A stretch of DNA of 64,000 bases from Candidatus Omnitrophota bacterium (GTDB lineage: Bacteria; Omnitrophota; Gorgyraeia; Tantalellales; Tantalellaceae): assembly GCA_043811395.1 (NCBI GenBank), contig JBDRNE010000025.1, positions 7,137-71,136 on the forward strand, read 5' to 3'. The position numbers and the translations under genes were made by a program. This document shows positions 46,367-55,457 of this stretch, one piece after another; the stretch's first letter is position 1, and every line of letters begins with the position of its first letter. The notes beneath the pieces are model-generated. The model was not told the origin of the DNA. It saw nothing but the letters and a program-made list of their open reading frames with translations, and made no database searches.

Positions 46367-47496
46367 GGATAGGAATTAATGCCAGATATATTCAAGGGAA
46401 ACAAAGCGGTATTGGCATTTTTTTGCGGAATTTAATCTTAAACCTAAAAAAATATGACAGAAAAAATGAGTATGTTTTGTTTTTTGGAGATAAACTTATT
46501 CCTAAAGAAATACAAGAGACCGGATTTGAGTGTGATGTTCCTAAAAAACCGACCGGCAATCAAATCTCAAAGATAATGTGGGCGCATTGTTACCTTCCTT
46601 CGGCGGCTAAAAGAAGAAGGATAGATGTTTTTCATGAAACGTCATTTGTAGCTCCGATATTTGGAAAGATTCCGTGTGTAACAACCGTACATGATACGGC
46701 ATATCTGCGCTTTCCGTATTGTTATACCCGTCGTAACAGGTTATATTTTAAGGCGTTAGTTCCAAAAACTTTAAAAAAGTCAAAACTGATAATAGCACCC
46801 TCAAATTTTACAAAAAGCGATATTATAAACACTTTTAGTGTGAAAGAAGAGAAAATTAGAGTTGTATATCGTTCAGTTAATGAATCATTTAAAGTTTTAG
46901 ACGATAAAGATAGTCTTAAAAAGGTTAAACAGAAGTATGGAATAAAAGGCGACTTTGTATTAAGCGTGTCGGCTATTTCTCCGCGAAAAAACCTTATTAC
47001 GGCAATTAAAGCGTTTAAACTTTTAAAGGATAAAAATGATTTTAACGGGCAGTATGTGATTGTGGGCGGGAAGGGATGGCTTTACGAAGAAGTTTTTAAG
47101 GAAGTTGCGGATTCCGGATTGAGTGAAGATATTGTTTTTTGTGAGTATGTGCCGGAAGATGATTTAGTGTCTCTTTATAACGGTGCGAGTGTTTTTGTAT
47201 ATGTTTCACTTTTTGAAGGTTTTGGGATCCCTCTTGTTGAAGCAATGGCCTGCGGTTTGCCGATAGTGACTTCAAATGTGTCCTCAATGCCGGAAATCGC
47301 CGGCAAGGCCGCAAGGTTGGTTGATCCTAATAAAGTTGAAGAAATAGCTCGCGCTATAAGTGATCTTTCAGATAAAGCGTCTTCATTAAGAAGTACCGCG
47401 GTTGAGCTCGGATTAAAGCAAGCTCGCGAGTTTTCATGGAAAAAAACGACAAAAAATATGATAGCGGTTTACGAGGATGCGGCAGTACGAAGATAA
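46363..47496 (+). CDS. GT4-family (GT-B) glycosyltransferase
   Basis: C-terminal EGFGIPLVEAMACGLPIVTSN (E-x7-E-type) motif typical of GT4; ATGA overlap upstream. Confidence 0.8.
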   Translation: MRIGINARYIQGKQSGIGIFLRNLILNLKKYDRKNEYVLFFGDKLIPKEIQETGFECDVPKKPTGNQISKIMWAHCYLPSAAKRRRIDVFHETSFVAPIFGKIPCVTTVHDTAYLRFPYCYTRRNRLYFKALVPKTLKKSKLIIAPSNFTKSDIINTFSVKEEKIRVVYRSVNESFKVLDDKDSLKKVKQKYGIKGDFVLSVSAISPRKNLITAIKAFKLLKDKNDFNGQYVIVGGKGWLYEEVFKEVADSGLSEDIVFCEYVPEDDLVSLYNGASVFVYVSLFEGFGIPLVEAMACGLPIVTSNVSSMPEIAGKAARLVDPNKVEEIARAISDLSDKASSLRSTAVELGLKQAREFSWKKTTKNMIAVYEDAAVRR

Positions 47497-47629
47497 TACC
47501 AAGCTCAAAAAATAATGTTCCAAATTGTCATCTCGTAATTTTGATGAAATCGGGATATTCGGGATCTTAAATGTGTATTTATTTGTGGAATTGGTTTAAT
47601 ATGTTCAAAAAAAGGTTAAGGGTTGGGTT

Positions 47630-48931
47630 ATGATAGATAGATTTTTAAAAAAAATATCAATGAAAGAAGTTATAAATTATCTCGCTATTTTTATTATTTT
47701 TGCCGGCGCGTGGATGTATAACATCGGTTCATTTCATATGGTGAGGGGATACTTTATCTTGATGTTTGCTGTTTTGATATTATGGATGCCGTTTCTAAAG
47801 CGGCTTTATTTTAACAAACCTTTTTTAATTTTGTTTTCCATAATAGTTTTTCTTTCGTTTTTAAACATAATACTTGGAAACAATACCGTTACGCTTCTTA
47901 TGAAGCAAACCGTAGGCATAATTTTAAGCGCGTTCATTTTTTATATCTTGATTAGAATAAATGAATACGACATGAAAAAATTATTCAATATTTATTTAAA
48001 TATCGCTTTTATTGTTGCTCTTGTCGGGATATTTCAGGGAGTGAGTTTTTTAATAGGCTTTAAGCCTGGATATGACTACAGTTGGTTTTTATCTCATTGG
48101 AGGGTAAATCCAAACCCGCAATTGGGAGGCATTAGAATTAGTTCGATTTTAGTGGAACCTTCGCAGTTCTGCAATGTAATGATTCCAGCGATATTTGTGT
48201 CTATTACGTCTCTTTTTAATATCGGTTATAAATTTATAGGCAAAAGAAAAGCAATAATTTTTATTTTGCCTTTTCTTTTTACTTTTTCGTCAATGGGGTT
48301 TTTATCGATTTTAGTAGTTTTTATTTTGTTGGGCTACAATTACTTTAACATAAAAAATATGATTATGGCGGGCGCGGCGGTTTTAGCTTGTTTGTGTTTA
48401 TTTTATTTTTCAGTTGACGCTTTCAGGACAAGACTTGATGATTCTATCCGGCTCGTAAAAGGTGAGGTTGCCCCGGAAATAACAAATTTAAGCACTTTCG
48501 CGCTTTACAGCAACGCGCGCGTGGCTTTTTCAAGTTTTATAAACAATCCGTTTTTTGGCGCTGGATTAGGTTCCCATGAAGAAAACTATTATAAGTATAT
48601 CGGCGAAGTTGTTAATGTTGATAAGGTTAAAGATTTTGTAAATGTGAAAGACTCAGGGTCATTGTTTTTAAGGCTTTTGTCTGAGACCGGTTTTTTGGGG
48701 GTATTGGTAATTTTTATTTTTGTATTTAAGTTTTATCTTAAAAGACGAAGTGATCCCACAGAATATTTGTGGATGATAAATAATGCTGTCGCAACAATAT
48801 TTTTTATGAGGCTCGTTAGAAACGGGCATTATTTTAATGAAGGCTTTTTCTTTTTTATCTGGATGTATTATTTTTCAAAGAAAAAAGCGATCAGGGAATC
48901 TGCGGAAATCAAAAGTGTGGAGAGTTTATGA
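47630..48931 (+). CDS. O-antigen polymerase/ligase-family membrane protein (Wzy_C-like)
   Basis: ~10 TM helices plus the periplasmic-loop motif GAGLGSHEENYY ... GSLFLRLLSETGFLGVLV, matching the H...L..L.E.G..G signature of Wzy/WaaL proteins. Confidence 0.55.
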   Translation: MIDRFLKKISMKEVINYLAIFIIFAGAWMYNIGSFHMVRGYFILMFAVLILWMPFLKRLYFNKPFLILFSIIVFLSFLNIILGNNTVTLLMKQTVGIILSAFIFYILIRINEYDMKKLFNIYLNIAFIVALVGIFQGVSFLIGFKPGYDYSWFLSHWRVNPNPQLGGIRISSILVEPSQFCNVMIPAIFVSITSLFNIGYKFIGKRKAIIFILPFLFTFSSMGFLSILVVFILLGYNYFNIKNMIMAGAAVLACLCLFYFSVDAFRTRLDDSIRLVKGEVAPEITNLSTFALYSNARVAFSSFINNPFFGAGLGSHEENYYKYIGEVVNVDKVKDFVNVKDSGSLFLRLLSETGFLGVLVIFIFVFKFYLKRRSDPTEYLWMINNAVATIFFMRLVRNGHYFNEGFFFFIWMYYFSKKKAIRESAEIKSVESL

Positions 48932-50082
48932 AAGTTCTTTACGTTTGTCCCGGGTTAAATATTCAAAGAGGGGGAGCAATAACCGCAGTCGTAAATTTGG
49001 CAAGGACGCTTTCTGCTAAAGGTGTTTCAATCTCCATTTTTGCTCCGCGGTCGGACTGTGAAGAATACGGGTATACGGACGAGCTTAAAAATGTAAACGT
49101 GGAATTTTTTAAAAAGGGATTATTGTCTAAAATTTGGACAGGATATTCGCCGCGTTTAGCACGCAACTTAAAAAAAAGAGTTAGGGAATTTGATTTGATA
49201 CATATTCATGAATTGTGGCATTATCCAGCTTTTTCGGCTTACCGCGCGGCGAAACGCGCGGGTATTCCTTTTGTTATAACGGCGCATGGTGAACTGACAT
49301 CGCGAATGCGTGGATATAAGTCTTTCAGAAAAAAGATTTATATGCGTTTTGTTCAAAAAGATATTCTTAAAAATGCGCGCGCGCTTCACGCTATCACACG
49401 AGAAGAAGTTAAGGATTTTTATAATTTAACAAAACATGGAAATGTGGTTCATATCCCGAATGGATTAGATGTTGAAGAATTTAAGAATTTACCAAACGCG
49501 GATATTTTTAAAAATGTTTTTCCGGAAACGAAAAATAAAAAAATAATTTTGTTTTTAGGACGTATGCATCCGGTTAAAGGGATTGACATTCTTGCACAAG
49601 CTTTTGGCGCGCTTGCAAAAAATAGAAACGATGTACGTTTAATAATTGCCGGACCGGACAATGAAGGGTATCTCCGGAATATTGTTAAAATACTTAAAAA
49701 AGAAAAAGCTTTAGAAAAAACGGTTTTTACTGATATGGTGTCAGGGGAACTTAAAAAATCACTTTTGCGAGCGGCAGACATTTTTGTTTTGCCATCGCAT
49801 TCGGAAGTTTTGGGTCTAAGTACGTTAGAAGCTATGGTTTGCGGAGTGCCCGTAATTATCAGCAAAAATTGTAATTTTCCTGAAGTCGAAGAGCGTTTCG
49901 CGGGCAAAGTTATTAATATGACACGAGGAGAATTATGTAAAACACTCGATTTTTTACTTGATAATACTGAAATTCGCGCTGAAATGGGAGAAAATGGAAA
50001 GAGGTTAATTGAAGATCAATATACTTTGGATGTCGTGGGAGAGAAAATAAAAACGTTTTATGAAGATATAGTTTTAAATTAG
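48928..50082 (+). CDS. GT4-family (GT-B) glycosyltransferase
   Basis: HGELT, FLGRMHPVKGID and EVLGLSTLEAMVCGVPVIISKN motifs. Confidence 0.8.
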   Translation: MKVLYVCPGLNIQRGGAITAVVNLARTLSAKGVSISIFAPRSDCEEYGYTDELKNVNVEFFKKGLLSKIWTGYSPRLARNLKKRVREFDLIHIHELWHYPAFSAYRAAKRAGIPFVITAHGELTSRMRGYKSFRKKIYMRFVQKDILKNARALHAITREEVKDFYNLTKHGNVVHIPNGLDVEEFKNLPNADIFKNVFPETKNKKIILFLGRMHPVKGIDILAQAFGALAKNRNDVRLIIAGPDNEGYLRNIVKILKKEKALEKTVFTDMVSGELKKSLLRAADIFVLPSHSEVLGLSTLEAMVCGVPVIISKNCNFPEVEERFAGKVINMTRGELCKTLDFLLDNTEIRAEMGENGKRLIEDQYTLDVVGEKIKTFYEDIVLN

Positions 50083-50092
50083 AAAAAAATGG

Positions 50093-50212
50093 AAAAATCC
50101 CCCTGCCCCCCTTTTACAAAGGGGGAAGAAATCATAGTGGGATAAGTTTTTTTTATTTGTAATGAAAAATATCCAAGTTCCCCCTTTGTAAAAGGGGGTT
50201 AGGGGGATTTTT
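50093..50212. repeat. composite palindromic element: 12-bp outer inverted repeat (AAAAATCCCCCT ... AGGGGGATTTTT) enclosing two G5/C5 hairpins; related to the hairpin at 8379-8410; likely terminator/REP-like
   Basis: Hairpin A 50107-50125 (CCCCCTTT-tac-AAAGGGGG); hairpin B 50180-50198 (CCCCCTTT-gta-AAAGGGGG); outer arms 50093-50104 and 50201-50212; followed by TTTT. Same core CCCCCTTTG.AAAAGGGGGTTAGG.G.ATTTT as at 8380-8410. Confidence 0.45.
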
Positions 50213-50228
50213 TAACAATAGGAGATGT

Positions 50229-51212
50229 ATGACTCCTCGTATACTCATAACCGGAGCATCGGGTTTTATAGGAACAAATGTCTTAAAGTTTTATCTTGAT
50301 AAAGGTATTGAAGTTATAAACGTTGACAAGAATCCGCCTATGGATAGCGCTAACCTTAAATATTGGCGGGAAACTGATATTTTGAATCTTAATGAACTTA
50401 AAAAAGCTGTGCGCGAGTTTGTGCCTACACATATAATACATTTGGCCGCGCGTACGGATTTAGATGAAAAAAAAGATATAAGAGGATACGATGTTAATGT
50501 CAAAGGCACGGAAAATCTGATTAACGTTGTTAAGGAATACGCTAGCATTAAACGTGTTATTTTTGCTTCAAGCATGCTTGTTTGTAAGCTTGGATACAAT
50601 CCTAATAATAAATGTGACTATATGCCCTCAACTTTATACGGCGAAAGTAAAGTTTTAGGGGAGAAACTTGTGTATGAAAATGATGCAATGCTTCCGGAAT
50701 GGGTTATAGTTAGACCCACTTCTATCTGGGGGCCATGGTTTGGCGATCCGTATTATAAATTTTTCGATATGGTAATAAAAAGGAAGTATGTCTCGTTAGG
50801 CAAATACGCCGCAACTAAAACGTTCGGATATATAAAAAATGCAGTATTTCAAATGGATAAACTCCTTTTTGAAGAGAGCAGAAAAGTAGAGAAAAGAATG
50901 TTTTATTTGGGAGATTACAGTCCTCTCAATATTTCCGTGTGGTCAGATAATATAACCGAAGTTTTAAAAGAAAAACCTGCAAAGCGCGTTCCAATGTTTA
51001 TCTTTCGCATGGCCGCGTTAGTGGGAGATATGCTAAGGATGTTAAATTTTAAAAAGTTCCCAATGAATAGTTTTAGGTTGAAAAATATGACAAAAGATAA
51101 TATCATTAACTTACGCGATATTAAACAAATTGTGCCGGCTTTACCGTGTTCATTAGAAGAAGGCATACAGGAAACTTTAGAGTGGATGAAAGAAAGTGCC
51201 GCAAAAGTATGA
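50229..51212 (+). CDS. NAD-dependent epimerase/dehydratase (extended SDR)
   Basis: ILITGASGFIGTNV Rossmann motif, catalytic YGESKVLGE. Confidence 0.75.
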   Translation: MTPRILITGASGFIGTNVLKFYLDKGIEVINVDKNPPMDSANLKYWRETDILNLNELKKAVREFVPTHIIHLAARTDLDEKKDIRGYDVNVKGTENLINVVKEYASIKRVIFASSMLVCKLGYNPNNKCDYMPSTLYGESKVLGEKLVYENDAMLPEWVIVRPTSIWGPWFGDPYYKFFDMVIKRKYVSLGKYAATKTFGYIKNAVFQMDKLLFEESRKVEKRMFYLGDYSPLNISVWSDNITEVLKEKPAKRVPMFIFRMAALVGDMLRMLNFKKFPMNSFRLKNMTKDNIINLRDIKQIVPALPCSLEEGIQETLEWMKESAAKV

Positions 51213-51958
51213 AAGTTTCTATTATAACAGATGTTTTAAATTCAGAAAACACTTTAGAAGAATCTATTCTAAGTGTTTTAAATCAGGATTACGAAAACAT
51301 TGAGTACATAATAGTCGATGGCTGGTCTACTGACGGAACTTTGAAAATTATTGATAAATATATGAAAGGCATCTCGAAGTTTATTTCGGAGCCGGATAAA
51401 AATCATTTTGACGCGATGAATAAAGGGATAAGGCTTGCATCCGGGGATATTATAGGATTCCTTCATGCGGATGATATTTTTGCCGATAATTTTGTTATAC
51501 GAAAGATCGCGGAAGAGTTTATTCGTAAAGACATAGATTGCGTGTGGGGGGATTTACTATACGTTGATAAAGAGGATACGGACAAGATCGTTAGATGGTG
51601 GAAGAGTTCCGAGTATAAGAAAGATCTATTCAGAAAAGGGTGGATGCCGGCTCACCCGACTTTTTTTGTAAAAAGGGAAGTATATGAAAAACACGGGAAT
51701 TTTAATCTTGATCTGCCGATAGCAGGAGATTATGAAATCATGCTTAGGTTTCTTCACAAATGCGGAATAAAAGGGTCTTATATCCCGGAGGTGTTAGTTA
51801 AAATGCGGTTAGGCGGGTTAAGTAACCAAAGTTTGAAGAATATCATCCAAAAATCAAGTGAAGATTTGAAAGCGTGGCAGGTTAACGGATTTAGTAGGAG
51901 TTTGGGAACGTTGTTTCTAAAGAACATATCAAAGGTTTCACAGTTTTTTGTGAAATAA
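51209..51958 (+). CDS. GT2-family glycosyltransferase
   Basis: VSIITDVLNSENTLEESILSVLNQDY, IIVDGWSTDGT and HADD (DXD) motifs; ATGA overlap upstream (the track ORF starts earlier at 51146). Confidence 0.7.
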   Translation: MKVSIITDVLNSENTLEESILSVLNQDYENIEYIIVDGWSTDGTLKIIDKYMKGISKFISEPDKNHFDAMNKGIRLASGDIIGFLHADDIFADNFVIRKIAEEFIRKDIDCVWGDLLYVDKEDTDKIVRWWKSSEYKKDLFRKGWMPAHPTFFVKREVYEKHGNFNLDLPIAGDYEIMLRFLHKCGIKGSYIPEVLVKMRLGGLSNQSLKNIIQKSSEDLKAWQVNGFSRSLGTLFLKNISKVSQFFVK

Positions 51959-52006
51959 GAAGTATTATTTTAAAACAAAAAACCGACCAATGGTGAAAGG
52001 CACAAG

Positions 52007-53026
52007 ATGACAGGTAAAAAGATTTTGGTAACCGGCGCAGGCGGATTTATAGGGTCACACCTAGCAAAAAAACTTTTTAATGAGGATAATTTTGTCCGAG
52101 CGGTTGATATAAAATGGGATAATTATATTGACGAAAAATATTTTTCAGAAGAACTTACGCTTGATTTAAGAAAATATGAAAATTGCGTTCTAGCAGTAAA
52201 AGATATGGATTATGTTTTTAATTTAGCGGCAAATATGGGAGGCATAGCTTTTATTACTGAAGTAGGCGCGGATATAATGCATGACAATACGCTTATAAAT
52301 TTTTATATGGCCAAAGCTTGTTTAGCGGAAAAAGTGAGGCGTTTGTTTTTTTCATCATCCGCGTGTATTTATCCGACATATAAACAAACTGCCGCGGAAG
52401 TTAAGCCCCTCAAAGAAACAGATGCTTATCCCGCTAACCCGGATGATTTTTACGGTTGGGAAAAACTTTACGCGGAAAAGATGCTGGAAGCTTTTTCTCG
52501 GGATTACGGGCTAGACGCGCGTATCGCTCGATTTCATAACATTTATGGTCCCGAAGGTACATACAAAGGTGGAAGGGAAAAGTCACCCGCCGCGCTTTGC
52601 AGGAAAGTTTCATCAGCGACTGAAGACGGCGAGATAGAAATTTGGGGCGATGGGGAGCAAACCCGTTCGTATTGTTATATTGATGATTGTTTGAAAGGGA
52701 TAATAATGCTCATGGAGTCTGACTATACAGAGCCTCTTAACATCGGTTCGGATAGACTTGTTACGATCAATGAACTGGCGGACATTATTATTAAGATTTC
52801 CGGTAAAAATATTGCAAAAAAGTATAATTTGAACGCGCCACAAGGCGTCAGGGGTCGAAACGCGGATTTAACCATTGCTGAAAGTTTAGGGTGGCTTCCG
52901 GAAGTAAGTCTGGAGGAAGGCATTAGGAACGTTTATTTATGGATAACTTCCGAGTTAGAAAAAGTAAAGCAAAAGAAATCAAATTTTGACACCTCAACCG
53001 CAGGAAATATCTGCGTTAAGCCATAA
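52007..53026 (+). CDS. GDP-mannose 3,5-epimerase-like (GME family) NAD-dependent sugar-nucleotide epimerase
   Basis: ILVTGAGGFIGSHL motif, catalytic YGWEKLYAEK and ARFHNIYGPEGTYKGGREKSPAALCRK, which closely resemble the GME signature (ARFHNIYGP.GT.KGGREKAPAAFCRK). Confidence 0.6.
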   Translation: MTGKKILVTGAGGFIGSHLAKKLFNEDNFVRAVDIKWDNYIDEKYFSEELTLDLRKYENCVLAVKDMDYVFNLAANMGGIAFITEVGADIMHDNTLINFYMAKACLAEKVRRLFFSSSACIYPTYKQTAAEVKPLKETDAYPANPDDFYGWEKLYAEKMLEAFSRDYGLDARIARFHNIYGPEGTYKGGREKSPAALCRKVSSATEDGEIEIWGDGEQTRSYCYIDDCLKGIIMLMESDYTEPLNIGSDRLVTINELADIIIKISGKNIAKKYNLNAPQGVRGRNADLTIAESLGWLPEVSLEEGIRNVYLWITSELEKVKQKKSNFDTSTAGNICVKP

Positions 53027-53028
53027 AT

Positions 53029-54018
53029 ATGGATTCTATAACAGTCGAAAATGTTACGAAAACAAAAACTTTAAAAAAAGCCATTGTTGTCCCGTCTTAT
53101 AAAGTGTCGGATAGCTTGCCGCTTCTCTTAGAAAAAATACCATCGACGAGCGTTGATTATATCATTGTGGTTGATGATAAATGCCCTGATGGTTCAGGTC
53201 TTGGCGCGGAGAAACTTAACAAAAAAAATTGTGTTGTAATTTATCATGAACAAAACCAAGGCGTTGGCGGCGCGGTTATTTCAGGGTATTTAAAAGCACT
53301 TGATTTAGGTTGTGACATAATTGTAAAAATGGACGGAGACGGTCAAATGGATCCGGCGGATTTAGAAAAGTTTATAGAAGCACTTTCGCGCGGGTCAGCC
53401 GATTATGTTAAAGGCAATAGGTTTAATGATGTTACGGCGTTAAGAAATATGCCGAAAATACGTCTTTTCGGTAACAGTGTACTGTCTTTTATCATCAAAG
53501 TGGTTTCCGGCTATTGGGATATAATGGACCCCACGAACGGTTATACCGCAATCCATAGAAAGGTATTGGAAAGGATTGATTTGAATAAAATATCTAAAGG
53601 ATATTTTTTTGAAACAAATATGCTGATAGAGCTTAATATTGTTGACGCGGTTGTAAAGGATATTTCTATCCCGGCTAAATATGATAATCAAAACAGTTCT
53701 CTTAGCATAGGAAGAGTTCTCATAGAGTTTCCGTTTAAGCTGATGAATGGGCTGTTAAGAAGAATTTTCTTAAAATATTTTGTTTATGATTTTAATGTCG
53801 CGTCAGTTTGTATTTTGCTGGGAGTTCCACTTTTTATGTGTGGTATCATTTTTGGCGCTAAAGAATGGATAAATTCGTGTTTAACTGGCCAGCCGAGGAC
53901 TTCCGGAACGATTATTCTTATCGCGTTAATTTTAATTGTTTCTTTTCAGATGCTACTCAAAGCGGTAAGCATAGACATTTATAAAACACCTAAAAAGCCT
54001 CAATTTCGAACAGACTGA
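53029..54018 (+). CDS. GT2-family polyprenyl-phosphate glycosyltransferase (DPM1/GtrB-like) with C-terminal TM segments
   Basis: AIVVPSYKVSDSL, VVDDKCPDGS and DGDGQMD (DXD) motifs; C-terminal TM helices (VASVCILLGVPLFMCGIIFG; IILIALILIVSFQMLL). Confidence 0.7.
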   Translation: MDSITVENVTKTKTLKKAIVVPSYKVSDSLPLLLEKIPSTSVDYIIVVDDKCPDGSGLGAEKLNKKNCVVIYHEQNQGVGGAVISGYLKALDLGCDIIVKMDGDGQMDPADLEKFIEALSRGSADYVKGNRFNDVTALRNMPKIRLFGNSVLSFIIKVVSGYWDIMDPTNGYTAIHRKVLERIDLNKISKGYFFETNMLIELNIVDAVVKDISIPAKYDNQNSSLSIGRVLIEFPFKLMNGLLRRIFLKYFVYDFNVASVCILLGVPLFMCGIIFGAKEWINSCLTGQPRTSGTIILIALILIVSFQMLLKAVSIDIYKTPKKPQFRTD

Positions 54019-54062
54019 AAGATATTTGGTTTTAACTCAAACAAATTTAAAGGATATGATAG

Positions 54063-55457
54063 ATGCCGTTAAAGGTAATGTTCATTAACGCGATAAATCC
54101 CTACAGGGAAATTGAATCCCGGTATCCCCCGCTTGGAGTAGGGTATCTCATAAGTTCTCTTAGGCATCATTTTGACAAGAATACTTTTGAATTTAAGGTA
54201 ATTGATCATAATGTTAAAGCGGAAATTGCCGAATTTGAGCCAAGTATTGTAGGAATTACCTTTGTTACGCAAAATTGTAATATTGCCGTTAAATATGCTG
54301 AAATATGTAAAGGAAAAAGTATTCCGGTGATCGCGGGAGGTATTCATATTTCGTCATTACCTTTTTCTCTTTCTTCTCATATGGATATAGGAGTTGTTGG
54401 CGAGGGAGAGAGAACGATTATTGATATTTTTAAGTTATTTTTAGAACGCGGCAAGTTTGACGCGGAAGATCTTGAGAAAATTAAGGGTATTGTGTATAGA
54501 ACCGGTGCGGGAGACCTGAAACTTACGCCGGAACGTGAGAAAATATTACCATTGGATGAAGTACCTTTGCCGTCGAGAGATCTGTTTGAGATCAAACGGC
54601 ATAGTTATTTGTTCTCTTCAAGAGGATGTCCTTATCATTGTTCTTTCTGCGCGTCTTCCAGGTTCTGGAACCAGGTCAGGTTCTTCTCAGCGGAATATGT
54701 GGTTGGTGAGATAAGGGAATTGGCAGAAAAATATAAAGTGAATCTTATAAGTTTTTACGATGATTTAATGATCGCCGATCGTGCGAGGGTAGAAAAAATA
54801 GCTAGTTTATTACGGAAAGAATACAGCTTGAACAAAATTAAATTCGCGATTAACGCGAGAGCTAATTTGCTTACGGACAATATGGCAGGGCTTCTTAAGG
54901 ATATGAATGTTGTTTCAGTAAACATGGGATTAGAGTCCGGGAGCGAAAAGGTGCTTCGTTATTTAAAAGGCGGCTCGGTTAGTGTTGAGCAGAATAGGAG
55001 GGCAATAAAATCCTTGAAAAAATTTGGAATAGCCGCTAACGCGTCTTTTGTTATAGGATCTCCGAATGAGACCAAAGAAGATATTCTCAAGACATATGAT
55101 TTTATCGGCAAAAATAAACTAAATCACATAGATATCTATCTTTTAACTCCCTTACCCGGAACGCCCATGTGGGGTTACGCTAAAGAGAGAGGGCTTGTCG
55201 ATGATAATATGAATTGGGATGACTTAAACCTTAACTTTGCGCCCGGCGCGCGTGGAACAATTAATCTGTCGGAGACTCTGACAGAGAAAGAAATATACGC
55301 GTTATACAGAAAATTTCAGAGACGAAGGGTATATACTGTTATTAAAAATTTGCCAAGACATCCTTTCCGCCGAGATATTTGTTCCTCTTTCGGTAGAATG
55401 GCGGCAAATCTTATCAAAAAAGGAATAAAACGGCAGAATGAAAATACTATTAATTAG
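54063..55457 (+). CDS. cobalamin (B12)-binding domain radical SAM enzyme (class B)
   Basis: B12-binding N-terminus (VIAGGIHISSLPF, VVGEGERTIIDIF) and SRGCPYHCSFCASS cluster. Confidence 0.8.
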   Translation: MPLKVMFINAINPYREIESRYPPLGVGYLISSLRHHFDKNTFEFKVIDHNVKAEIAEFEPSIVGITFVTQNCNIAVKYAEICKGKSIPVIAGGIHISSLPFSLSSHMDIGVVGEGERTIIDIFKLFLERGKFDAEDLEKIKGIVYRTGAGDLKLTPEREKILPLDEVPLPSRDLFEIKRHSYLFSSRGCPYHCSFCASSRFWNQVRFFSAEYVVGEIRELAEKYKVNLISFYDDLMIADRARVEKIASLLRKEYSLNKIKFAINARANLLTDNMAGLLKDMNVVSVNMGLESGSEKVLRYLKGGSVSVEQNRRAIKSLKKFGIAANASFVIGSPNETKEDILKTYDFIGKNKLNHIDIYLLTPLPGTPMWGYAKERGLVDDNMNWDDLNLNFAPGARGTINLSETLTEKEIYALYRKFQRRRVYTVIKNLPRHPFRRDICSSFGRMAANLIKKGIKRQNENTIN

